In this document: in pieces, positions 48,596-55,631 of the stretch | Layout of the letters: each line of letters begins with the position of its first letter | How positions within the stretch are numbered: position 1 is the first letter of the stretch | DNA from: an uncultured Chloroflexia bacterium | Lineage (GTDB): Bacteria; Chloroflexota; Limnocylindria; Limnocylindrales; CSP1-4 | Assembly (NCBI GenBank): GCA_963713975.1 | Contig: OY970218.1 | Coordinates: 2,912,001-2,976,000, forward strand | Length of the DNA stretch: 64,000 nt | Direction: 5' to 3' | Notes under the pieces: model-generated | The model's input: only the letters and a program-made list of their open reading frames with translations | Told to the model about the DNA's origin: nothing | Databases searched by the model: none | Program-made: the position numbers and the translations under genes

Positions 48596-48764
48596 GTCGG
48601 GCTCCTTGCCGTGGGTCAGCGGGCACACGCCGCTGTCAATACCCATCCCAAAAAAGCACGGGCGTTCTACCGGCACAAGATGCCGGGGAGCAGGGGAGCC
48701 CGCGCTGCTGCTGGCGGGCAGCACGCGTCCCGGGGCTCGTCAGCGTGGGTGACAGCACCGCGGG

Positions 48765-49226
48765 TCAGTCCTGAACCAGCCGGAGGCGACGCACATTGGC
48801 CTCGACGACCTCCTGCACCGCCTCCCGGGACCCGAGCGCGTCGTGGAGGATCGACAAGACCTTGGCGACCCGCTCTCGCGCCTCGTCGTCGGTGAAGTCG
48901 AGCGCCTCGGGAGCCTCGGGGTGGATGAGGTCGTCGCCGCTGCCGCCCTTTCGGCTGCCGCTCCGGACGCCACCCTCGTAGATGATCTCGTATGCGGCGA
49001 GCGCCGCCCTCCAGTCTTTGGCTGCAGCGTCCCGGAGGATCGACTCGTACACGTCGCGGCCCTGGCTGGTGGCGACCTCGATCGCGTCCGCGAACTCCTC
49101 CTCTTGCTGCCAGCGGTTGAGGGTCCGGTAGGCGATGCCCGCCTTGCCAGCCGCCGCACGTTTCGAGCTGCCGGCCGCGAGGGCGAGCAGCACGACGACA
49201 CGGGCCTTGTCCATCCTAGTCGCCAT
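48765..49226 (-). CDS. HTH protein, terminase small subunit-like
   Basis: LAAGSSKRAAAGKAGIAYRTLNRW HTH followed by EFADAI..KDWRAA, a pattern typical of TerS-like proteins. Confidence 0.6.
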   Translation of the reverse strand: MATRMDKARVVVLLALAAGSSKRAAAGKAGIAYRTLNRWQQEEEFADAIEVATSQGRDVYESILRDAAAKDWRAALAAYEIIYEGGVRSGSRKGGSGDDLIHPEAPEALDFTDDEARERVAKVLSILHDALGSREAVQEVVEANVRRLRLVQD

Positions 49227-49227
49227 G

Positions 49228-49563
49228 TCAGTCCTGCCCCACGGTTGCGTTCGCGCGCGCGCGCGTGGCCGGCGACGCCGCGTCCCGGGCGTCCCGGCAC
49301 ACGACGAGGTTAGACCGGCGGTAGTCGCGGCCCTCGGTGCTGATCCGACGTACGACGCGCGGGTCTCCGACGGGCAGCCCGATCACATCGCGGGCGAGGG
49401 TGATGCTGGTCTTGCGGCCGCCGGCCAAGCCGACGCGAACCGGGGCGACGCTGCCGGTTGGGAAGAACCAGCGGAAGGAGGAAAGACGGTCGTAGTCGTC
49501 GTCATCCACGAGGGCCTCGACGGCCTCGGCCCTGCGGACGTGGATCGAGATCGTCTTGCTCAT
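49228..49563 (-). CDS. degenerate HNH endonuclease-like protein
   Basis: AAGGAG RBS; ALVDDDDYDRLSSFRW and DYRRSNLVVC resemble HNH_3 proteins, but His/Asn are missing. Confidence 0.6.
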   Translation of the reverse strand: MSKTISIHVRRAEAVEALVDDDDYDRLSSFRWFFPTGSVAPVRVGLAGGRKTSITLARDVIGLPVGDPRVVRRISTEGRDYRRSNLVVCRDARDAASPATRARANATVGQD

Positions 49564-49644
49564 CTGATCTCCTTGCGGGATGGGGCGGGAACCGGCCGTG
49601 CTCGGTCCGCCCCTGCCGACAGTGCACGGCGTCGGCATTTGTGG

Positions 49645-50460
49645 TTAGCGGACCAGCGGTAGGAACGGCTGGCGGCCCCGGGCGAACGACATGTAGGCGT
49701 CATTGAGGTCGACAGTTGTCGGCATCCAGACCTCGACCTCGGGGCGGGTGAGCCACACCATCCGGGCATTGCCGTCCTTCGGCCACGGAGGAGCGATCGC
49801 GGGCACCCGGGAGGCGTACTGCGGCCAGAGCAACGGCAGGTTCCGGATCTCGCTCATCAAGAACCAGGCGTCCTCCTCGACGGCGGCCGTGACGAGGTGG
49901 CAGGTGAACTGGGCGCGGCGGATCACGCTGTATCTCTCGGCCTCCTCCTCGACGGAGGCGAACGCGTCGCGCACGTTCTTCGGCGCCCGGGCAAGGAGGC
50001 GCGGCATCTCCCACGGGACGTCGCCGGCCGACTGCGTGGCCTTGCGGATCTTGGCGAGGATGTCCGCGAGAACGGGGCGGAGGTGCCCGGTGATCACCTC
50101 GTCTGCGAGGTCGTCGACGGCCCGGACGAGCTGGTTCTCCGCCAGCCCGAGAGCCTCGTCGAGCACGGCCGCCTCGGTCCCTGCCCGGACCTGCGTGTCC
50201 TGCGCGGCGCGGAGGTCCGCGACCCAGCCCTTGGGCAGGTCGCCCTTGCGGGCAGCGTCCGGGATCATGCGGGCGAGCCGGGACCGGACGGCCCCGGGGT
50301 CGGCCGCGAACGCCTCCTTGTTGGCAAGGGCGTGCGCCGCCTTGATGCGGGCGATCCCGTCCCGGTGGGCGAGCAACCCGGCCGGGAGGGTGTAATGCCC
50401 GGCGTCGTATCCGGCGAAGATGCCGGCAGCTCGGTTGTATTCCTTGTTGCGCGGTGCCAT
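49645..50460 (-). CDS. hypothetical protein (271 aa)
   Basis: AAGGAG RBS, long ORF in the leftward operon; no recognised motif. Confidence 0.75.
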   Translation of the reverse strand: MAPRNKEYNRAAGIFAGYDAGHYTLPAGLLAHRDGIARIKAAHALANKEAFAADPGAVRSRLARMIPDAARKGDLPKGWVADLRAAQDTQVRAGTEAAVLDEALGLAENQLVRAVDDLADEVITGHLRPVLADILAKIRKATQSAGDVPWEMPRLLARAPKNVRDAFASVEEEAERYSVIRRAQFTCHLVTAAVEEDAWFLMSEIRNLPLLWPQYASRVPAIAPPWPKDGNARMVWLTRPEVEVWMPTTVDLNDAYMSFARGRQPFLPLVR

Positions 50461-50464
50461 ATCG

Positions 50465-50596
50465 CTACTCCTTGTCTATGCGCTGCTTGTTCGGGCGAGC
50501 CCCAGGACGAGCCCAACCCGCCAGCAGCGGCAGCCCGACCAAGGCCACGAGGGCGAGGACCGCGCCCTGCGCGACCCCGAACAGGAACTCGGACAC
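50465..50596 (-). CDS. small single-TM protein (43 aa)
   Basis: GAGGAGGAG RBS then GTG; SEFLFGVAQGAVLALVALVGLPLLAGWAR. Confidence 0.55.
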   Translation of the reverse strand: MSEFLFGVAQGAVLALVALVGLPLLAGWARPGARPNKQRIDKE

Positions 50597-50626
50597 TTGT
50601 CGGTCTCCTCCTCGGAATTCGGACGG

Positions 50627-50756
50627 CGCACCAGCACGGGGTCGCACCACCGCACCGGGGGAAGCCCCCCCCGGGTGCGATGGGTGTGGTGCGCCCCCTC
50701 CGAGTGCCGATATCGCACCGGGTGCGATCCGGGTGGTGCGATTGGTGCGCCCCCTC
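50627..50756. repeat. iteron-like GGTGCG/CGCACC array, putative replication origin
   Basis: Nine hexamer copies in both orientations directly downstream of the helicase gene. Confidence 0.65.
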
Positions 50757-52116
50757 ACGGCTCGTCCTCTTGGCCGTTGTCCGGGACGGACCAAAGCGTC
50801 TTGCCGCCAGGAGGTCCCGGCTGCGCGGCGAACCGGCCGCGGTGCCGCGACAGGACGTTCCGGGCGTTGTTGGGGGTGGTGCCCGCCTCCCGGGCGAGGA
50901 ACGCTGCCTCGGACGGCCCGTGGTGGGCGAGGAGGTTGGCGAACCGGTCCGCGAGGGTCGGCCCCCGCTCCCCGTCGCTCGGGGCAGGGACGGTGGCCTC
51001 GGAGAACGCGATCGTCGCCTCGTCGTAGGACAGCCGGAGCGCCACCGGGGCAAGCTGTGCCCGAGAGGCGAGGGGCTTGGCGTTGGTCACGACGAGCACC
51101 CGGCCGTCGTCGTCGACCGTCGTGCACGCGACGTAGAAGGTGCCCCGGCTGCGGTTCTCCTTATAGACCGACCCGTACGGCTTGCGGACGTCCCGCTTGC
51201 CGATGTTTTCGCCCGACACGTGGTCGACCAGCAGGGCGGTCGTGTTGATGTGGCGCACGGCGTCGAACAGCCGGTTCGCGCTGTCGGCGTGGTCGCCCTC
51301 TCCGACGGTCCCCATCGCAGCCCCCACGGAGTCGACGACCAGGAGCCCGACGCCCTCCTCGGCCACGAGCCGTGCCACCGTGTCGGCCTCGTCGGCCAGC
51401 CGCCCGGCCATCCGGCGGTACAGGAGGTCGCCGGGCAGGACGGGGAGGTTGGCACCCCGGGCGATGGCGGCAACCCGGTCCTTGACGATGTAGTCCTCCT
51501 CCTCCCAGTCGAGGAGCAGCACCGGAGCCTTTCGGGGAACCCAGCCTGGCACTACGACGATCCCGGAGGCGACCGACACGCCCACGGCCGCCGCGAGGGT
51601 GCTCTTGCCGGTCCCGCCCGCCCCGAACAGGACGATGGCGGTCTGGGCCGGGAGAATCGGGTCCAAGCGCGGCCCTGGGTCGACCCGTGGCGGGAGGTCG
51701 GCCAGCGCCACGAGCGGAGCCCCGGCCGTGTGCAGTTGCAGGGTCGCGTGCACTATCTCGTCCACGACGGCGGCCCAGTCGAGGTCCACGGACCCAGCCC
51801 GCTCCGCCACCCGCTTTACGAGGCTCGCCCGGGTGCTGCCGGAGAGCAGGTTGAGGTGCTCGTACATGACCAGCCCGGGGACCGTGCGGATGCTGCGGGC
51901 TCCCGGGGCGGAGGAGAAGACGCTCACCTCGGCCCGAGCGCCCTCGCGGCCCCTGCCGACGTTGGCGAGGACGATCCGGATTCCCTTGTTGGGCACGGTC
52001 AGCTCGTAGGTGCCGAACCCGAGCTGCCGGAACTCGGTCGTGGCGGGCGGCTCCGCGAGCGCGGCGTCCGGGTCGGCCGCGAGGACCAACATCTCCTGCT
52101 CGGACAGGGCGCTCAT
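50755..52116 (-). CDS. AAA_25 / RecA-family ATPase (RepA-like helicase)
   Basis: Walker A GAGGTGKS, LLDWEE, Walker B LLVVDS, DH, YGS; C-terminal HTH-like segment. Confidence 0.85.
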   Translation of the reverse strand: MSALSEQEMLVLAADPDAALAEPPATTEFRQLGFGTYELTVPNKGIRIVLANVGRGREGARAEVSVFSSAPGARSIRTVPGLVMYEHLNLLSGSTRASLVKRVAERAGSVDLDWAAVVDEIVHATLQLHTAGAPLVALADLPPRVDPGPRLDPILPAQTAIVLFGAGGTGKSTLAAAVGVSVASGIVVVPGWVPRKAPVLLLDWEEEDYIVKDRVAAIARGANLPVLPGDLLYRRMAGRLADEADTVARLVAEEGVGLLVVDSVGAAMGTVGEGDHADSANRLFDAVRHINTTALLVDHVSGENIGKRDVRKPYGSVYKENRSRGTFYVACTTVDDDGRVLVVTNAKPLASRAQLAPVALRLSYDEATIAFSEATVPAPSDGERGPTLADRFANLLAHHGPSEAAFLAREAGTTPNNARNVLSRHRGRFAAQPGPPGGKTLWSVPDNGQEDEP

Positions 52117-52394
52117 GCGAACGCCGCCGCGAACTCGGGGTACTGGTAGTCGAGGGGCGTCAGGACCGCGAACACGCAGCAGCGGTTGACTACGTGGCCG
52201 TTCTGGAGGCGCTCGAGGGTCGGGAGGTCAACCCGGCAGCCCCGGGGGCAGAACGCGCGGTCGCCGCACGGGCCGTCGTGGGTGACGCGGGGCTTGGGCG
52301 CGGCGGCCCACGACTCCGCGAGGGCCCGGCCGAGCTTGCGCCAGGTGTCGGGGGTGTCGGGCGGGGTCGCGGGAACAGGCTGGGTGGCGTGCAC
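52113..52394 (-). CDS. Cys/His-rich hypothetical protein (93 aa)
   Basis: ATGA overlap with the helicase start; HDGPC..C..C..H..CC. Confidence 0.6.
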   Translation of the reverse strand: MHATQPVPATPPDTPDTWRKLGRALAESWAAAPKPRVTHDGPCGDRAFCPRGCRVDLPTLERLQNGHVVNRCCVFAVLTPLDYQYPEFAAAFA

Positions 52395-52548
52395 GAAGGT
52401 TTCCCTTCGCTGCGCCGTGGTTCCCGCCCCGCTGATCCTAGGGGCGGCCCGCGCTGCTGCGTACTGTCAGGCCCCTTTCCGCACCACCGCGTGTCGGGCG
52501 GGTGGATTCGCTCCTCGGGATCCTGACCATCTTCGCTTGTCCTTGAAC

Positions 52549-52578
52549 ATTATACTCCCGGGGAGTATCCGAACACAA
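52549..52578 (-). promoter_or_regulatory. putative leftward promoter with overlapping palindromic operator
   Basis: Minus-strand TTGTGT-N18-TATAAT; perfect ATACTCCC-G-GGGAGTAT at 52552-52568. Confidence 0.55.
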
Positions 52579-52850
52579 GATATCGGGCTGCCTGCCCGGA
52601 CATGCCGGGCGGCAATGCTGGTGCTGTCACGAGCCCCAACCGACGCTCAGGGGCTTGTGACAGCGGGAAGTCGGACGGCGGCGTTTCCCTCCGGGTCGGG
52701 CCGCCGACAGAGGTCCGGGCGGCTTCGGGCGCTGGTCGGGCGCACCCGCAGGGCACGAAGGAGGGGAGACGCTGGCCCGCCGCGCCGAGCGCGACCAGTC
52801 AACGTCTCCGTTTCCTAGTCGCGTCCCGGGGCGAGCCCGTTAGCAGGATG

Positions 52851-52931
52851 ATCGTCGTCGACCCGGGTTCGTGATGTCAAGCCACTAGATGTAGTGGTCC
52901 GTCGGCCTCCAGCCAGGCAGACATCTTGTGG
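52851..52931 (-). promoter_or_regulatory. putative leftward promoter abutted by NrdR-box-like sites
   Basis: Minus-strand TTGACA (52875-52880)-N18-GACGAT; CCACTAGATGTAGTGG at 52882-52897 and weaker GGCAGACATCTTGTGG at 52916-52931. Confidence 0.55.
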
Positions 52932-53005
52932 TGCGCCCGCTACCGGCCGCGCGGCATGCCCCCGGGGAGGTCCGAGCCGCCGACAGGGACAGCGGTATGA
53001 GTGGT

Positions 53006-53049
53006 TTGACACAGCGCCAGTTCAGTTCGATGATACGTGAACTGAACTG
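53006..53049 (+). promoter_or_regulatory. putative promoter of the cargo operon with 11-bp inverted repeat
   Basis: TTGACA-N17-GATGAT; CAGTTCAGTTC-N10-GAACTGAACTG flanks the -10. Confidence 0.6.
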
Positions 53050-53082
53050 CGGACCTACCGCAGACCTATCGGGGGCGCCGAG

Positions 53083-53799
53083 ATGACGGTGGAATCCGGG
53101 CGACCCGCCCGTCGCGTTACGTATCCGAACCTTCCGGATGCCAACTGGTGGGCGCTCCGGCGTAGGTTCCAGCAGACGATGCCGCGCGAGGTTGATGCGT
53201 CGTACTTGGCGACCGTCCTCAACATTGGCGAGGCCGCCGCCGGCAACCTGATCGGCCCGCTCCGCGCTGTCGGATTGATCGACGAGAACGGGCGGCCCAC
53301 GGATCTCGCGCTCGCATGGCGTGACGATGAGCAGTATCGAGAAGTCACACAGACGATGCTCGAGTCGGTGTACCCGCAGGGTCTGCGCGACGCCGCGCCC
53401 CCGCCGACCCCGGACCGTGCTGCGGTCGTGAGGTGGTTCTCACGGGCTACCGGCGCGGGCCAGGCGGCGACGGAACGAATGGCTCGACTGTATCTGCTCC
53501 TTGCGGCTGGCAATCCCGCCGGAGGCGAGCCCGCCGCAGCCGATCGTGCGCCTCGGCAGGGCCAAGGTGCCGCGGCGCCCGGTCGCGCCGCACGCCGTTC
53601 CCCAGCTGCGGGGCGGCCAGCATCCGCGGCAGCAGATACGCCAGTTGCCGCTCCAGCTCATGCTGCGACTCCGGCGACGCGCCACGCCCAGCCGTCGGTG
53701 CACATCGACATTCAGGTGCACATCGACCCGGCGGCGACCGCAGAGCAGATCGACCAGATCTTCGCGAGCATGGCGCGCCACCTTTATGACCGCGGGTGA
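53083..53799 (+). CDS. DUF5343 domain protein
   Basis: YP..NWWALR, GLIDENGRPT..WRDD..Y, C-terminal PSVHIDIQVHI..EQIDQIFASMARHLY. Confidence 0.78.
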   Translation: MTVESGRPARRVTYPNLPDANWWALRRRFQQTMPREVDASYLATVLNIGEAAAGNLIGPLRAVGLIDENGRPTDLALAWRDDEQYREVTQTMLESVYPQGLRDAAPPPTPDRAAVVRWFSRATGAGQAATERMARLYLLLAAGNPAGGEPAAADRAPRQGQGAAAPGRAARRSPAAGRPASAAADTPVAAPAHAATPATRHAQPSVHIDIQVHIDPAATAEQIDQIFASMARHLYDRG

Positions 53800-54373
53800 T
53801 GGCGGCGCTTCGCGGTCGGCGCGGGACCTGCTGGCACGCGCGAGAGCGCTTGACGCGGAGCTAGCCGGCGCGGGCTTCCGCCCACCGAGTTCCCCTGCTG
53901 GCCCCTCGGCGGGCGCGCAAGCACCCGTCGCCGAAACCGACGTGATGGTGCGGTTTGATGCCCTCGTGACGGACCCGGACCTCAGCGCGGTCTGCCGGAC
54001 TCTCTTCCGCGATGGCCATTACGCTCGAGCAGTGGAGGAAGCCTTCAAGTTCCTGGCCAACGCCGTGAAGGGACGGTCGGGCGAGGGGGCGCGGGATGGA
54101 CAGGACTTGATGCTCCACGTCTTCAATCCCGAGGACCCGGTCCTTCGTCTGAACGCCCTGCGTCGTGTCTCCGAGAAGGACGAGCAAGCCGGCTACCGTT
54201 TCATGTTTGCGGGTGCGATGACCGGCATCCGTAATCCGAGGGCGCATGAGCACGCGCTGGGTGACCAGGCTGATGTCGCGCTCGAGATGCTGGTGATGGC
54301 GAACCATCTGATGCGGGTTGTTAGGCGCAGCACTCGGGTTAGGCGGCGACGCGTGGTGCGGGCGGGCCGTTGA
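53786..54373 (+). CDS. TIGR02391 (Ymh-like) family protein
   Basis: LFRDGHYARAVEEAFK, DGQDLM..F, DEQAGY..F.GAMTGIRNPRAH. Confidence 0.88.
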   Translation: MTAGDGGASRSARDLLARARALDAELAGAGFRPPSSPAGPSAGAQAPVAETDVMVRFDALVTDPDLSAVCRTLFRDGHYARAVEEAFKFLANAVKGRSGEGARDGQDLMLHVFNPEDPVLRLNALRRVSEKDEQAGYRFMFAGAMTGIRNPRAHEHALGDQADVALEMLVMANHLMRVVRRSTRVRRRRVVRAGR

Positions 54374-54402
54374 GCGGGCGCCCTGGTGCCATACTCGCGG
54401 CT

Positions 54403-55341
54403 ATGTCGATTCCGGACTACCAGACCCTCATGCTCCCGCTGCTGGAGTACCTCGCAGACGGCACCACGCGCCGCACGGTGCCCGATGTGACCGACCATCT
54501 CGCCAAGCGCTTCCACCTCACGCAGGCAGACCTCGACGAACGTCTGTCATCGGGCCAGTCGACCATCTACAACCGCACGCACTGGGCGGTCACGTATCTG
54601 TCGAAGGCCCTGGTCATCGACCGCGTCGGGCGTGGGAAGGTGGCGATCACACAGCGCGGCAAGGACGCGCTCGCCTCGAACCCGGACCGCGTGGATGTGA
54701 CCTTCCTCCGCCAGTACCCCGAGTTCGAGGCGTTCCGCACGAAGACCAAGGCGAAGGTCATCGCGCTCCCGCTGCTGACGAACACCGATGCGGTGGTGGC
54801 CGACCAGAACCCGGAGGAACTGCTCTACGGCACCTACGACGCCCTCCGTGCGGCGGTTGAGGCCGACATCCTTGATCGCCTCCAGACCGATGCTGTGTCG
54901 TGGGAGTCGTTCGAGCACCTTGTCGTGGACCTGCTCGGTCGGATGGGCTTCGGGTCGACCGTCGAGGAGGCGAGCCATCGTGTCACACGGAAGAGCGGGG
55001 ACGATGGGATCGACGGCGTGATCGATGAGGACCGGCTTGGGCTGGACGCCGTCTACATCCAGGCGAAGCGGTACGGCGCGAAGAACCCGGTCGGCCGTCC
55101 GGCGCTGCAGGCGTTTAATGGCAGCCTCGACGGCCAGCGCGCGTCTAAGGGCGTGTTCATTACGACCTCATCCTTCACTGCCGAAGCTGAGGACTACGTT
55201 CGACGTATCTCGAAGCGGATCGTCCTGCTCGATGGGAAGACGCTCGCGCGGCTCATGTACGAGCACGGCGTCGGCGTCAGGACCCGTCGGACGCTCGAGG
55301 TCAAGCGGGTGGATGAGGCGTACTTCGAGGGCGACGTCTAG
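54403..55341 (+). CDS. mrr: Mrr-family type IV restriction endonuclease
   Basis: MSIPDYQTLMLPLL (Mrr_N), NRTHWA..YL.KA, DDGIDGVIDEDRLGLD.VYIQAKRY, KGVFITTS. Confidence 0.95.
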   Translation: MSIPDYQTLMLPLLEYLADGTTRRTVPDVTDHLAKRFHLTQADLDERLSSGQSTIYNRTHWAVTYLSKALVIDRVGRGKVAITQRGKDALASNPDRVDVTFLRQYPEFEAFRTKTKAKVIALPLLTNTDAVVADQNPEELLYGTYDALRAAVEADILDRLQTDAVSWESFEHLVVDLLGRMGFGSTVEEASHRVTRKSGDDGIDGVIDEDRLGLDAVYIQAKRYGAKNPVGRPALQAFNGSLDGQRASKGVFITTSSFTAEAEDYVRRISKRIVLLDGKTLARLMYEHGVGVRTRRTLEVKRVDEAYFEGDV

Positions 55342-55418
55342 CCCTCGCCGTCTGGGCGCCTAAGCGGCCCCGACGTACCACCCGAGCGGGTCCGCATGCG
55401 ACCGCCGTTCCCCAAGGA

Positions 55419-55434
55419 CCGTCCGGGGGCGCCA
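55419..55434 (+). repeat. attR core CCGTCCGGGGGCGCCA
   Basis: Identical to the tRNA-Arg 3' end at 46671-46686. Confidence 0.92.
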
Positions 55435-55461
55435 TAGCCCTGCCGAAGCGATCCCGTCTCC

Positions 55462-55530
55462 GCAACCGACGAACAGACGGCCATGAAGGTCGTCGACGGC
55501 TCCGTCGAGGTGGTCTCCGAAGGGCAAAGG
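55462..55530 (+). pseudogene. remnant resembling a peptidase E (S51) C-terminus
   Basis: ATDEQTAMKVVDGSVEVVSEGQR resembles recalled AIDDQTAIKVVDGTVEVVSEGHW; no upstream body. Confidence 0.45.
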
Positions 55531-55631
55531 CCGGGGCCCTTCCTCATGCCTGATGATCGGTCGTCGTGGCCTGCGACTACGCTGGACCGAGCGCGCCAGC
55601 ATTGCTTCACACCGCACTCCGGGAGCCGCTC

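Larger units (their letters stand above)
46671..55434. mobile_element. integrated ~8.75 kb phage-satellite-like element
   Basis: 16-bp direct repeat of the tRNA 3' end at both borders; serine integrase, TerS-like, HNH-like, helicase and defence-like cargo; no capsid or tail genes. Confidence 0.9.

Noticed and set aside
48611-48660. Minus-strand TTGACA promoter or T-tract terminator upstream of the small ORFs
   Set aside because: No acceptable -10 at proper spacing and no convincing stem before the T run
50627-50756. CRISPR or mini-array
   Set aside because: Units are 6-14 bp, irregularly spaced and in both orientations; no cas genes
55359-55364. CCTAAG matching the tRNA-Arg anticodon loop as attR
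   Set aside because: Only 6 bp; the 16-bp repeat at 55419-55434 is the better boundary
55360-55617. 85-aa minus-strand ORF as an independent gene
   Set aside because: It crosses attR; only its last ~24 codons are meaningful, as the alternative integrase tail
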